Assembly: GCA_964629955.1 (NCBI GenBank) | Contig: CAZVSA010000003.1 | Coordinates: 1 to 45,487, forward strand | Direction of reading: 5' to 3' | From: an uncultured Luteolibacter sp. | GTDB lineage: Bacteria > Verrucomicrobiota > Verrucomicrobiia > Verrucomicrobiales > Akkermansiaceae | Length of the DNA: 45,487 nt | Shown here: in pieces, positions 35,193-44,432 of the stretch | Layout of the letters: every line of letters begins with the position of its first letter | Numbering within the stretch: position 1 is the stretch's first letter | The notes under the pieces: model-generated | Database searches by the model: none | Told to the model about the DNA's origin: nothing | Seen by the model: the letters and a program-made list of their open reading frames with translations, nothing else | Made by a program: the position numbers and the translations under genes

Positions 35193-36625
35193 CCCTGCTC
35201 ATCCGCAACGGCGAAGTCGTCACGGCAACAGAACGATTTGAAGCCGATATCCTCTGTGAAAACGGTATCATCACCGCCGTTGGCCCGCGACTTGAAGCTC
35301 CCCCCGACGCCGAAACCATCGACGCCACCGGCAAGCTCGTCTTCCCCGGTTTCATCGATCCGCACGTCCACATCTATCTGCCATTCATGGGCACCTTCTC
35401 GAAGGACGACTACGCCACCGGCAGCAAGGCGGCGCTGATGGGAGGAACCACCACTCTCATCGAAATGTGCTGCCCCTCCCGCCAGGAAGATCCCCTCGAA
35501 GCCATCCAACTCTGGAAAAGCAAAGCCGCCGGCATTTCCTCCTGCGACTACACATTTCATATGGGCGTCACCCGCTTCGATGAATGCACCGCGGACGCCC
35601 TCCGCCAAATCGTCGCAGAGGAAAAAATTTCCTCCTTCAAAGTCTTCCTCGCATACAAAGGTGCGCTCGGAATCGACGATACGGAGTTATATCAAACCCT
35701 CTCCCTTGCCGCCGAGCTGGGAGTGGTTGTCACCGCGCATTGCGAAAACGCCGACCTCATCGCGGAAACCCAGAAGAAACTCGTCGCGGAAGGAAAAACC
35801 GGCCCGGAATGGCATGAACCCTCACGGCCCGTGACCGTGGAAACCGATGGCTGCCATCATCTGACCACCTTCGCGGAACTCACCGGCGCGGAAGTTTATA
35901 TCGTTCACACCAGTTGCAGACCCGCCATTGAATCCATCGAATCCGCCCGGGCTCGCGGAGTGAAAGTCCATATCGAAACCGTGGCTCCCTACCTCGTGTT
36001 TGACAGCAGCCACGCCGGACTTCCCGACTTTGAAGGAGCGAAATATGTCATGAGTCCGCCCATCCGCGCCCATGAACACCAGCAGTTCCTTTGGAATGCC
36101 ATCGCCACCGGCATCGTGGACACGGTGGCCACCGACCACGCCCCCTTCGATTTCGCCACCCAGAAACACATGGGTCACCCCGATCCCGCCAAATGCGTGG
36201 ACGCCTCCTTCCAACCCACCGGCCAGGCGGGCAATTTCACCCTCATCCCCAACGGCATCCCCGGCATCGAGGAACGCGTGAAAATCCTCTACAACGAAGG
36301 CGTCCTCAAAGGGCGGATCGATCTCCATACCTTCGTCCACTGCGCCAGCACCAAGGCCGCCGAAATCTTCGGTCTCTATCCTAAAAAGGGAACCATCGCC
36401 CCCGGCAGCGATGCCGACATCGTCATCTGGGATCCGGAATGGAAAGGGACCATCTCCGCCAAAACCCACTCGATGGCCACCGACTACTCCGCCTTCGAGG
36501 GCATGGAAATCATCGGACGGCCCGACACCGTCACCGTCCGCGGCAAGGTCATGGTCCGCGGCGGCGAATGGACCGGAGAAAGCGGCTGGGGAAAATTTCT
36601 TCCCCGCAAACCCCGCAAACGCTGA
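35189..36625 (+). CDS. hydA: dihydropyrimidinase / D-hydantoinase
   Basis: PGFIDPHVH, SSFKVFLAYK, AHCEN, YIVH, VMSPP, TDHAPF and IPNG motifs; ATG 35189 overlaps the upstream TGA. Confidence 0.93.
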   Translation: MTLLIRNGEVVTATERFEADILCENGIITAVGPRLEAPPDAETIDATGKLVFPGFIDPHVHIYLPFMGTFSKDDYATGSKAALMGGTTTLIEMCCPSRQEDPLEAIQLWKSKAAGISSCDYTFHMGVTRFDECTADALRQIVAEEKISSFKVFLAYKGALGIDDTELYQTLSLAAELGVVVTAHCENADLIAETQKKLVAEGKTGPEWHEPSRPVTVETDGCHHLTTFAELTGAEVYIVHTSCRPAIESIESARARGVKVHIETVAPYLVFDSSHAGLPDFEGAKYVMSPPIRAHEHQQFLWNAIATGIVDTVATDHAPFDFATQKHMGHPDPAKCVDASFQPTGQAGNFTLIPNGIPGIEERVKILYNEGVLKGRIDLHTFVHCASTKAAEIFGLYPKKGTIAPGSDADIVIWDPEWKGTISAKTHSMATDYSAFEGMEIIGRPDTVTVRGKVMVRGGEWTGESGWGKFLPRKPRKR

Positions 36626-36628
36626 GCC

Positions 36629-38056
36629 ATGCAGGAAGACTCCAGTTTGATCAACGACGACCTTCGGCCCGTGCCTCCGGAGGGCCGCACGTGGAGCACC
36701 TGGGACATCGCCGCGCTGTGGATCAGCATGGCCATCTGCATCCCCACCTACATGATGGCCAGCAGCCTCATCGGCAACGGTCTCACCTGGTGGCAGGCCC
36801 TTCTCGCGATCTTCCTTGGCAACCTCATCGTCCTCATCCCGATGACGCTCAACGCCCATCCCGGCACCGCCTACGGCATCCCCTTTCCCGTTCTCCTCCG
36901 CGCGAGCTTCGGCACCCGCGGAGCCAACATCGCGGCCCTCCTCCGCGGCATCGTGGCCTGCGGATGGTTCGGAATCCAGACATGGTTCGGAGGCGCGGCG
37001 CTTTATTCCACCGCGGCGATCGTCTTCGGCATCGATACCCCCGGCGGAACGGTCATCCCCGTCCTCGGCATCACCGGAGCCCAGCTCGCCTTTTTCCTCC
37101 TCTTCTGGCTGGTGAACGTCTGGTTCATCTGGAAAGGCATGGAATCCATCAGGTGGCTGGAAAAACTCAGCGCCCCGTTCCTCATGGCCGTCGGCGTCCT
37201 CATGATGATCTGGGCAATCTCCAAAGCAGGCGGCCTCACCCCTGCCCTGCTGGCATCCTCCCCTTCCGGAGCCGTTTCATGGGCGGGATTCGGCGGTTCC
37301 CTTACCGCCATGGTGGGATTCTGGGCCACCCTGTCCCTCAACATCCCGGACTTCTCCCGCTTCGCGAAATCCCAGAAGGCGCAGCTCGTGGGGCAAACCG
37401 CCGCCCTTCCCGCGACCATGACCTTCTACTCCTTTGTCGGCATCGTCGTCACGGGGGCCACCGTCGTCATCTTCGGCGAAGCCATCTGGGATCCGGTTTC
37501 CGTTGTTGGAAAAATCGGCAGCAAATGGCTTTCCGCATGCGCCCTCGTCGTCTTCGCCGTCGCCACGCTTTCCACCAACATCGCGGCCAACGTCGTCTCC
37601 CCGGCGAACGACATTTCCAATCTCGCTCCCCGGAGAATCAGCTTCCGCGCCGGCGGCATCATCGCGTCCGTCATCGGCATCCTCATCATGCCCTGGAAAC
37701 TCGTTGCCCTGCCCGATGGTTACATCTTCACCTGGCTCATCGGCTACGGAGCCCTGCTGGGCCCCATCGCGGGCGTGATGATCGCGGATTATCATGTATA
37801 CCGCAAACGGAGGCTCGACCTCGCCGGACTCTATCAGGCAAACGGGCCCTACCGCTACACCGGAGGCTTCAGCGTCGCGGGACTCGGTGCGGTGCTGCTT
37901 GCCGTTCTCCCCAATCTCCCCGGCTTCCTGCACCAAATCAACCTCGCCCCTTCCGTTCCACCGTTTTTCGTCTCCCTCTATCAGCAGGCATGGTTCATCG
38001 GCTTCGCCATCGCATTCCTCCTCTACCTCGTCTTCCGCAAAGCCGGTATCAAATAG
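36629..38056 (+). CDS. NCS1-family nucleobase:cation symporter (uracil/hydantoin/allantoin type)
   Basis: GIPFPVLLRASFG, ACGWFGIQTW, SLNIPDFSR and STNIAANVVSP motifs; about 12 TMs. Confidence 0.9.
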   Translation: MQEDSSLINDDLRPVPPEGRTWSTWDIAALWISMAICIPTYMMASSLIGNGLTWWQALLAIFLGNLIVLIPMTLNAHPGTAYGIPFPVLLRASFGTRGANIAALLRGIVACGWFGIQTWFGGAALYSTAAIVFGIDTPGGTVIPVLGITGAQLAFFLLFWLVNVWFIWKGMESIRWLEKLSAPFLMAVGVLMMIWAISKAGGLTPALLASSPSGAVSWAGFGGSLTAMVGFWATLSLNIPDFSRFAKSQKAQLVGQTAALPATMTFYSFVGIVVTGATVVIFGEAIWDPVSVVGKIGSKWLSACALVVFAVATLSTNIAANVVSPANDISNLAPRRISFRAGGIIASVIGILIMPWKLVALPDGYIFTWLIGYGALLGPIAGVMIADYHVYRKRRLDLAGLYQANGPYRYTGGFSVAGLGAVLLAVLPNLPGFLHQINLAPSVPPFFVSLYQQAWFIGFAIAFLLYLVFRKAGIK

Positions 38057-38080
38057 TCAAACTCTCCACACCCTTCACTC

Positions 38081-39415
38081 ATGGCCACCCTTCCTCCTTT
38101 CGACTATACTCCGAAACCCTACAACGGCCCCTCCCCCGATGAAATCCTTGCCCTCCGCAAGGAATTCGTGAACCCCGCCATCTTCCATTATTACAAAAAC
38201 CCCATCGCCATCGTCGAAGGCAAAGGCCAATACCTCTACGACGACAAAGGCCGCCGCTACCTCGACGGCTTCGGTGGCATCGTCACCGTCAGCGTCGGCC
38301 ACTGTCATCCCGAAGTCCTCGCCGCCGCCAATCTCCAGAACGAGACGATCAACCACACCACCACGATCTATCTCCACCCGCAGATCGCCCTCTACGCAAA
38401 GGAACTCGCCGCGAAAATGCCCGGCGATCTCAAAGTCTGCTACTTCGTCAACTCCGGCTCCGAAGCCAACGACCTCGCCATCCTCATGGCCCGCGCCTAC
38501 ACCGGAAACTACGACGTCATCGCCCTCCGCAACGCCTACCACGGCGGCAGCCCGAGCGCGATGGCCCTCACCTCCCACCACACCTGGAAGTTCAACGTCC
38601 CTCACTCCCACGGCGTCCACCACGCCGCCATGCCGGACACCTACCGCGGCCCCTACGGAAAAGATGATCCCGATGCCGGCAAAAAATACGGCCGGGACAT
38701 CGGAGAAACCGTCCGCTACGCCACCTCCGGAAAAATCGCCGCCTTCATCGCCGAGTCCATCCAGGGAGTCGGCGGCACTATCGTTTTCCCCGACGGCTAC
38801 TTGGCGGAAGCCTACGCCCAGGCCCGCTCCTTCGGCGGTCTCTGCATCGCCGACGAAGTCCAGGCTGGTTTCGGCCGCACCGGCACGCACTTCTGGGGCT
38901 TTGAAACCCAGGGAGCCATCCCCGACATCGTCACCATGGCCAAGGGCATCGGCAACGGCTGCCCGCTCGCCGCCGTCGTCACCACTCCGGAAATCGCCAA
39001 AGCTCTCGCCACGAGAATCCACTTCAACACCTTCGGCGGCAATCCCGTCTCCATGGCCCAGGGCCGTGCCGTCCTCAACGTCATCGAAAAGGAAGGCCTC
39101 CAGAAAAACTCCCTCGAAATCGGAACCTATCTAACAAACGGTTTCCACGAACTCGCCGGAAAACACAACCTCATCGGCGAGATCCGCGGCAAGGGCCTCA
39201 TGCTCGGCGTCGAACTCGTCAAAGACCGCGCCACCAAAGAACCCGCCACCGCCGAATGCGCCCGGGTCTTTGAAACCTGCAAAGACCTCGGCCTCCTCAT
39301 CGGCAAAGGCGGCCTCTACGGAAACACCCTCCGCATCAAGCCCCCCATGTGCATCCACAAGGCCGACGCCGCTTTCATGCTCGAAGTCCTCGACGAAGCA
39401 CTCGCCGGCGCATGA
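38081..39415 (+). CDS. class III PLP aminotransferase (AGXT2-like beta-alanine:pyruvate aminotransferase)
   Basis: NSGSEAND, ADEVQAGFGRTG, PLP Lys in TMAKGIGNG and FNTFGGNP; operon context. Confidence 0.85.
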   Translation: MATLPPFDYTPKPYNGPSPDEILALRKEFVNPAIFHYYKNPIAIVEGKGQYLYDDKGRRYLDGFGGIVTVSVGHCHPEVLAAANLQNETINHTTTIYLHPQIALYAKELAAKMPGDLKVCYFVNSGSEANDLAILMARAYTGNYDVIALRNAYHGGSPSAMALTSHHTWKFNVPHSHGVHHAAMPDTYRGPYGKDDPDAGKKYGRDIGETVRYATSGKIAAFIAESIQGVGGTIVFPDGYLAEAYAQARSFGGLCIADEVQAGFGRTGTHFWGFETQGAIPDIVTMAKGIGNGCPLAAVVTTPEIAKALATRIHFNTFGGNPVSMAQGRAVLNVIEKEGLQKNSLEIGTYLTNGFHELAGKHNLIGEIRGKGLMLGVELVKDRATKEPATAECARVFETCKDLGLLIGKGGLYGNTLRIKPPMCIHKADAAFMLEVLDEALAGA

Positions 39416-39427
39416 TTTTCCGGAGCA

Positions 39428-40630
39428 TCACGCTTTCGCCGCCTTCAGCGCGGGCTTGTGATTCCGGTGAATCCACACGCTCTGCACCAGCCCCAGAAGG
39501 AACATGCAAATGATCACGAACGTTCCTGAATAGCTCACCAGTGGCAGCGGAATTCCCGTGATCGGCAGCAGCAGCACGCACATCCCGATGCTCTCGAACG
39601 TGTGCGCGAAAAAGAACGCCACCGTCAGGCACACAAGGAGCCTTCCGTACACATCACGGCTGTAAAACGCGATGAACAGCCCCTGAATCAACAACAACGC
39701 GAATGCCGTGATCAACAACAAGCTGCCCCGGAACCCCAGTTCCTCGCCGATCACCGCGAAAATGTAATCGTTGTGCGCCGTGTCCCGGGGAATGAACCCC
39801 TTGTGATGCAGGGACATTTCACTTGTGGCTTTCCAGCCAGCCCCCTTCCAGCCCGCTTTGCCGATGGCCATCGAAATGTTGTGCGGAGCATACGCGCTGC
39901 CCTTGATGTCCACCTCCTTCCCCTGGCCCATCCGCAGCCAGACATCGATCCGCTCCGGTCCCCGGGAAGACAACATCGGCAATGCCACAAAATACAAGAG
40001 CGGCAGCACCCCCGCCCCGATGAAGGTCATGAATGACATGTAGCGGAACGGAATTCCCGAAATCAGCAGCGCCACAATCAGAACCGGAATCCACACCAGC
40101 GCCGACCCCATGTCCCCCATCGCCATCACCAGCCCGAACGGAATCACCGAAATCACCGCGATGATTCCGATTCTTACGAACGGCGCGCCAAACCACCGGT
40201 GGAGCTTCGGCAGATCCTGCATCAGCCATGAAATCATCAATATCCCCGAGCTGATTCCCAATTGCGCCGGTTGGAAACTCATGCCGAAAAATGCCAGACG
40301 ATGGGTCTTCTGGAGTTCCTCGTCCGTGACATTCAGCGCCATCACCATCAGGACGATCCCCGCCACGTAAAACGGAACCCCCAGCCACCGCCACCACCGG
40401 TAATCCACAAGAGCCACCGCGAAATACACCACGCTGCCCAGCACGATCCAGTTCTTCTGCATCCACGCGTAGTAAGCGCCCGGCCCTCCGAATTGGTTGC
40501 GGATGTCCGAACTCACCGGCAGATGCCGGGCCGCGCTCTCGATCATGAAAACGCCGAAGATCAGGAGCCCGTACATGACCAGTACGAGCACCCAGTTCAT
40601 GCCGAGAATTTTCCTCAGAAACGGTGTCAT
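39428..40630 (-). CDS. rodA: SEDS-family peptidoglycan glycosyltransferase (RodA/FtsW)
   Basis: FQPAQ, GDMGSA, HNDYIFAVIGEELGF and PITGIPLPLVSYSGT motifs; ATG 40630. Confidence 0.8.
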   Translation of the reverse strand: MTPFLRKILGMNWVLVLVMYGLLIFGVFMIESAARHLPVSSDIRNQFGGPGAYYAWMQKNWIVLGSVVYFAVALVDYRWWRWLGVPFYVAGIVLMVMALNVTDEELQKTHRLAFFGMSFQPAQLGISSGILMISWLMQDLPKLHRWFGAPFVRIGIIAVISVIPFGLVMAMGDMGSALVWIPVLIVALLISGIPFRYMSFMTFIGAGVLPLLYFVALPMLSSRGPERIDVWLRMGQGKEVDIKGSAYAPHNISMAIGKAGWKGAGWKATSEMSLHHKGFIPRDTAHNDYIFAVIGEELGFRGSLLLITAFALLLIQGLFIAFYSRDVYGRLLVCLTVAFFFAHTFESIGMCVLLLPITGIPLPLVSYSGTFVIICMFLLGLVQSVWIHRNHKPALKAAKA

Positions 40631-40751
40631 GAAAGGCCTGCCGCGCGACCATACGCCGCAGGCCCCGGGTGGCAAGATCGTTAGGTGCCCGCTCCGGAAA
40701 CTCTCTGGAAAAGAATCCACAAACGCCGGTTTCCCCCCATCATCCCCGCAG

Positions 40752-41151
40752 ATGAAACTGATCCACGACTACTACTCCGCATTCAATTCCGGGGACCGCG
40801 AAGCCCTGCTCGCCATGCTTTCCGAGGACGTGATCCACGAAATCAACGAAGGAAACGCGGAACACGGAACACGGAAAGGACGCTTTCCGCTCCTTCCTCG
40901 CCCGGATGGACCGCAGCTATCGGGAAACCGTCGAGGATCTGGCGGTCTTCCCCGCTCCCGGCGAAACACGCGCGGCGGCGGAATTTTTCATCCAGGGGAA
41001 ATATCTCGCCACCGGTGACGGCCTGCCCGAAGCCACTGGACAAACCTACCGCCTGCGGGTCGGCGCGTTTTTCGAGATCCGGGACGGAAAAATCACACGG
41101 GTGACAAATTACTACAACCTCCAACGCTGGTTGGAACTCATCGGCGGGTAA
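40752..41151 (+). pseudogene. ketosteroid-isomerase-related (SnoaL/NTF2-like) gene frameshifted by a 7-bp tandem duplication
   Basis: MKLIHDYYSAFNSGD...NAEHG is in one frame and ...MDRSYRE...RVTNYYN in another. Deleting one CGGAACA (40858-40871) restores a 130-aa ORF reading EHGKDAFRSFLARMDRSY. Confidence 0.85.
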
Positions 41152-41282
41152 ACGCTCCCACGCGCCGTGGTGGCGATCATCGGTCGCCGCCTCTCCCGCT
41201 CCGCACCCGAAAAACTCCCCATCATACCGCGTTTTTTCCTGTCATCAGGAAGCCGGGCACATGAATCACGCACTTCCCCCGC

Positions 41283-43124
41283 TCACTCCACCGTCACGCT
41301 TTTCGCGAGATTCCTTGGCTGGTCGATCTCGCAACCCCGCAGACGCGCCACGTGATAGGCGAAGAGCTGGAGCGCCACCACCGCGGGAATCGTCGCCACC
41401 AGGGGATGGCTGCGCGGAATCGTGATGAAATCGTCCATACACTCCGCCGCATCGTCATCCCCTTCCGTAACGATTCCGAGGATGCGCGCGCCGCGCGCCC
41501 TGCACTCCTCGATATTTCCGAGAGTTTTGTCCTTCCCCGGAATGTCGCAGGCAAGCGCGATGATGGGCGTCCCCTCCTGAAGCAGGGCGATCGGCCCGTG
41601 CTTGAGTTCCGCCGCGTGGTAGCCCTCCGCGTGGATGTAGGAAATTTCCTTCAACTTCAACGCACCCTCCAGCGCGACGGGATACATGGGACCGCGCCCG
41701 ATGAAAAACGCATGCTCGTTTTTCGCATAATCCTTCGCGATCTCCGCGATCCGTTCCGATTGAAGGATCACCTTGCCCACCAGCTCCGGGATCGCGCCGA
41801 TTTCCCGCGCGAAACGAATCCCCTCCTGCCTGGAAAAACGCCGGCCGCGCCCGAGCTTCAACGCCATCATCAGCAGCACCGCCACCTGGCAGGTGAACGC
41901 CTTGGTGGATGCCACCGAGATTTCCGGCCCCGCATGAAGATACACTCCCCTCCCCGTCTCCCTAGCGATGGTGGAGCCCACCACATTGCACAAACTCATC
42001 ACGAACGCGCCCTTCTGGTTCGCCTCGCGCACCGCCGCCAGCGTGTCGGCCGTTTCCCCGGACTGGGAAACCGCCACCACCAGATCCCGGTTTCCGATGA
42101 TGGGATTCCGGTAACGAAACTCCGCCGCCTGCTCCACTTCCGCGTGGATATTCGCCAGATCCTCGAACGCATACTCGCCCACCATGCCCGCGTGCAGCGA
42201 AGTGCCGCAACCGACCACCACCACGCGGCCAACCTCCGCAAGCTCCCGTGGCGAGGTCCCCATGCCTGCCAGCACGGCGCTGCCGAGATCGAAATCCAAC
42301 CGGCCCCGGATGGCATTCGCCAGCGCGTCGGGTTGCTCATGGATTTCCTTGAGCATGAAATGTTCATATCCGCCCTTCTCGGCAGCCGCGGCATCCAGCC
42401 CCAGCTCCGCGATCTCCCGTGTCACCGGAACATTGTTCAAATCCCGGATCTCGACCGAATCCGCCTTCACGATCGCGATGTCATTGTCGTCGAGATAAAT
42501 CACCCGCTGGGTGTGGGACACGATGGCCGCCGCATCCGACGCGATGATCGTCTCCCCGTCCCCCACCCCGATGACGATCGGACTGCCCCGGCGCGCGGTG
42601 ATTACACGGTCCGGCTCGCGGGCGGAAAGCACCGCAATGCCGAAGGTGCCTTCCACCTGATGAAGCGCGTCACAAACCGCCTGGAACAAATCCCCCTTGT
42701 CGCAATCTCCTATCAGATGCGCGAGCACCTCGGTATCCGTTTCCGAATAAAAATGGTGACCTTTCCCTTCCAGCCGCGAGCGCAGGGATCTGTAATTCTC
42801 GATGATTCCGTTGTGTACCAGCGCGATGTCCCCGGAATGGTCCAAATGGGGATGCGCGTTCGCTTCCGTCGGCGGACCGTGCGTCGCCCAACGGGTGTGA
42901 GCAATGCCGGTGGAGGAACGATGAAACAATTCATCCGGCCAATCCCCCCGGGCCTTTTCGCTCAGATTCGCCACCTTCCCGGACGCTCTTTTCACCAGGA
43001 TGCGGTCTCCATCGAGAATCGCCACTCCGGCGGAATCGTATCCACGGTATTCCAATCGCCGCAATCCGTTGATCAGAACCCTGGGAGCGTCCGCTTTTCC
43101 TATATATCCTACTATGCCGCACAT
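41283..43124 (-). CDS. glmS: glutamine-fructose-6-phosphate aminotransferase
   Basis: MCGIVGY start at 43124; LEYRGYDSAG, HTRWATHG, SQSGETADT, VASTKAF and PRNLAKSVTVE motifs. Confidence 0.97.
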   Translation of the reverse strand: MCGIVGYIGKADAPRVLINGLRRLEYRGYDSAGVAILDGDRILVKRASGKVANLSEKARGDWPDELFHRSSTGIAHTRWATHGPPTEANAHPHLDHSGDIALVHNGIIENYRSLRSRLEGKGHHFYSETDTEVLAHLIGDCDKGDLFQAVCDALHQVEGTFGIAVLSAREPDRVITARRGSPIVIGVGDGETIIASDAAAIVSHTQRVIYLDDNDIAIVKADSVEIRDLNNVPVTREIAELGLDAAAAEKGGYEHFMLKEIHEQPDALANAIRGRLDFDLGSAVLAGMGTSPRELAEVGRVVVVGCGTSLHAGMVGEYAFEDLANIHAEVEQAAEFRYRNPIIGNRDLVVAVSQSGETADTLAAVREANQKGAFVMSLCNVVGSTIARETGRGVYLHAGPEISVASTKAFTCQVAVLLMMALKLGRGRRFSRQEGIRFAREIGAIPELVGKVILQSERIAEIAKDYAKNEHAFFIGRGPMYPVALEGALKLKEISYIHAEGYHAAELKHGPIALLQEGTPIIALACDIPGKDKTLGNIEECRARGARILGIVTEGDDDAAECMDDFITIPRSHPLVATIPAVVALQLFAYHVARLRGCEIDQPRNLAKSVTVE

Positions 43125-43150
43125 GAATGTTGATTTGGGGAAAACTGTTT

Positions 43151-43978
43151 TCAGAAAGAGGATTCGAGATCCCGCCGGACAATCCCGCCCGGCAATGTGA
43201 ACGTCCCGGGCCACAATTTCCGGCCGGGATAGATCGATGTGTTGATTCCGGTGTGAACGCCGTCCCCCACGATTGTGCCGAACTTCCGCCGCCCCGTATC
43301 GACGAGATTTCCGCCCACCATGGAGCTGTGGTTTTTCCCGTCATGCCGGAGATTGGAAACAATGGTTCCCGCGCCGAAGTTCACCTTCTCCCCCAGCACG
43401 GAATCGCCCACATAACTGAGATGGCCGACGTTGGTGCCGGACAGAATGAGGGAATTTTTGATCTCCACCGCGTTTCCAATGTGGCATTTGTTCCCGATGG
43501 ACGTGGATCCCCGGAGATAACAATTCGGGCCGATCTTGCAGTTCGCGCCGATGATGACATTCCCTTCAATGAAAACGCCGGGCATAACCCGCGAACCCGG
43601 GCCGAGGTGAATGATTCCTTCAATCACCGCATTGGGATGGATGTCGCCTTCGATTTTCGGCTCGTTCAAGGAACCAACGAAAAGCTCGTTCGCCCGCAGC
43701 AGATCCCACGGATGAACGATGAGAAAGGACGAATTGGCTACGACAGCCTTGTCCGCATCCGGGGAATCGCCGAACCAAGCGAGCGGCGTGCGGCGTTCAT
43801 CGATGAGGGTGGGAGTTGCCGGGGAAAGCAAGGCCACGTCCTCCGCCGTCAGCCACGCATGCGGATGCACCCGCAAACCGTGGCCGGATGGAGAAGCCGA
43901 CAACGCGGCATGATGATCGCGAAGCAGGATGTTCCCGATGGGGAAATCCTCGATGGAGCGGGTGAGAAAGAGGGGCAT
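43151..43978 (-). CDS. left-handed beta-helix acyltransferase, GlmU acetyltransferase-like (no intact nucleotidyltransferase domain)
   Basis: HPWDLLRAN, hexapeptide repeats, HLSYVGDS, NFGAGT and RRKFGTIVGD motifs; start 43978 or 43996; lies between glmM and glmS. Confidence 0.78.
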   Translation of the reverse strand: MPLFLTRSIEDFPIGNILLRDHHAALSASPSGHGLRVHPHAWLTAEDVALLSPATPTLIDERRTPLAWFGDSPDADKAVVANSSFLIVHPWDLLRANELFVGSLNEPKIEGDIHPNAVIEGIIHLGPGSRVMPGVFIEGNVIIGANCKIGPNCYLRGSTSIGNKCHIGNAVEIKNSLILSGTNVGHLSYVGDSVLGEKVNFGAGTIVSNLRHDGKNHSSMVGGNLVDTGRRKFGTIVGDGVHTGINTSIYPGRKLWPGTFTLPGGIVRRDLESSF

Positions 43979-44012
43979 TTTAAAAATAAAGGGCATGGAC
44001 GCGTTTCCAGCC

Positions 44013-44321
44013 TCACTCGGGAAGCCGGTTGGTTTCCGCCGGTTCTCCGTGCGGAACAGCGGCAAGGTATCGTTCAAAGTCTTCCCTCCGTCCCGAGGCT
44101 GCTTCGGGAGCGCTGGCTCGGGCCAAGGCATAGTCCAAGCATGCTTGGATGTCCTCAGGTTCCAGCCACGGGTAGCCGTTCAAAATCGTCGCCGCATGAT
44201 CGCCGGCGGCCAGCATATCGAGGACATGCTCCACAGCGAGGCGGTGCCTCCGGATGATCGGTTTTCCGCCGAAAATGTCAGGATCGCAGGTGATGCGTTC
44301 GAGGAGTTTGGTTGGTTTCAT
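44013..44321 (-). CDS. DUF433-domain protein (antitoxin-like)
   Basis: RITCDPDIFGGKPIIRRHRLAV...YPWLEPEDIQACLDYA; ATG 44321. Confidence 0.85.
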   Translation of the reverse strand: MKPTKLLERITCDPDIFGGKPIIRRHRLAVEHVLDMLAAGDHAATILNGYPWLEPEDIQACLDYALARASAPEAASGRREDFERYLAAVPHGEPAETNRLPE

Positions 44322-44337
44322 GGGGTTACAATAGAAG

Positions 44338-44402
44338 TCAAGGAGCGTGGGCGTCTCGCCCACTTGAAGCAGGGATGTGGGCGAGACGCCCACGCTCCTT
44401 GA
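44338..44402. repeat. REP doublet (REPIN-like): perfect 26-bp inverted repeat with a 13-bp spacer
   Basis: TCAAGGAGCGTGGGCGTCTCGCCCAC (44338-44363) and its exact reverse complement (44377-44402); each arm carries GGAG followed by the hairpin GTGGGCG-TCT-CGCCCAC. Confidence 0.85.
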
Positions 44403-44432
44403 GGATACTCATACTCTACACGCACTTTGGAT

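Noticed and set aside
30042..41151. GNAT, nitrilase and KSI-like genes as one dispersed functional trio
   Set aside because: I recall such genes clustering in other bacteria, but here they are up to 10 kb apart and the nitrilase is explained by pyrimidine catabolism; not supportable without a synteny search.
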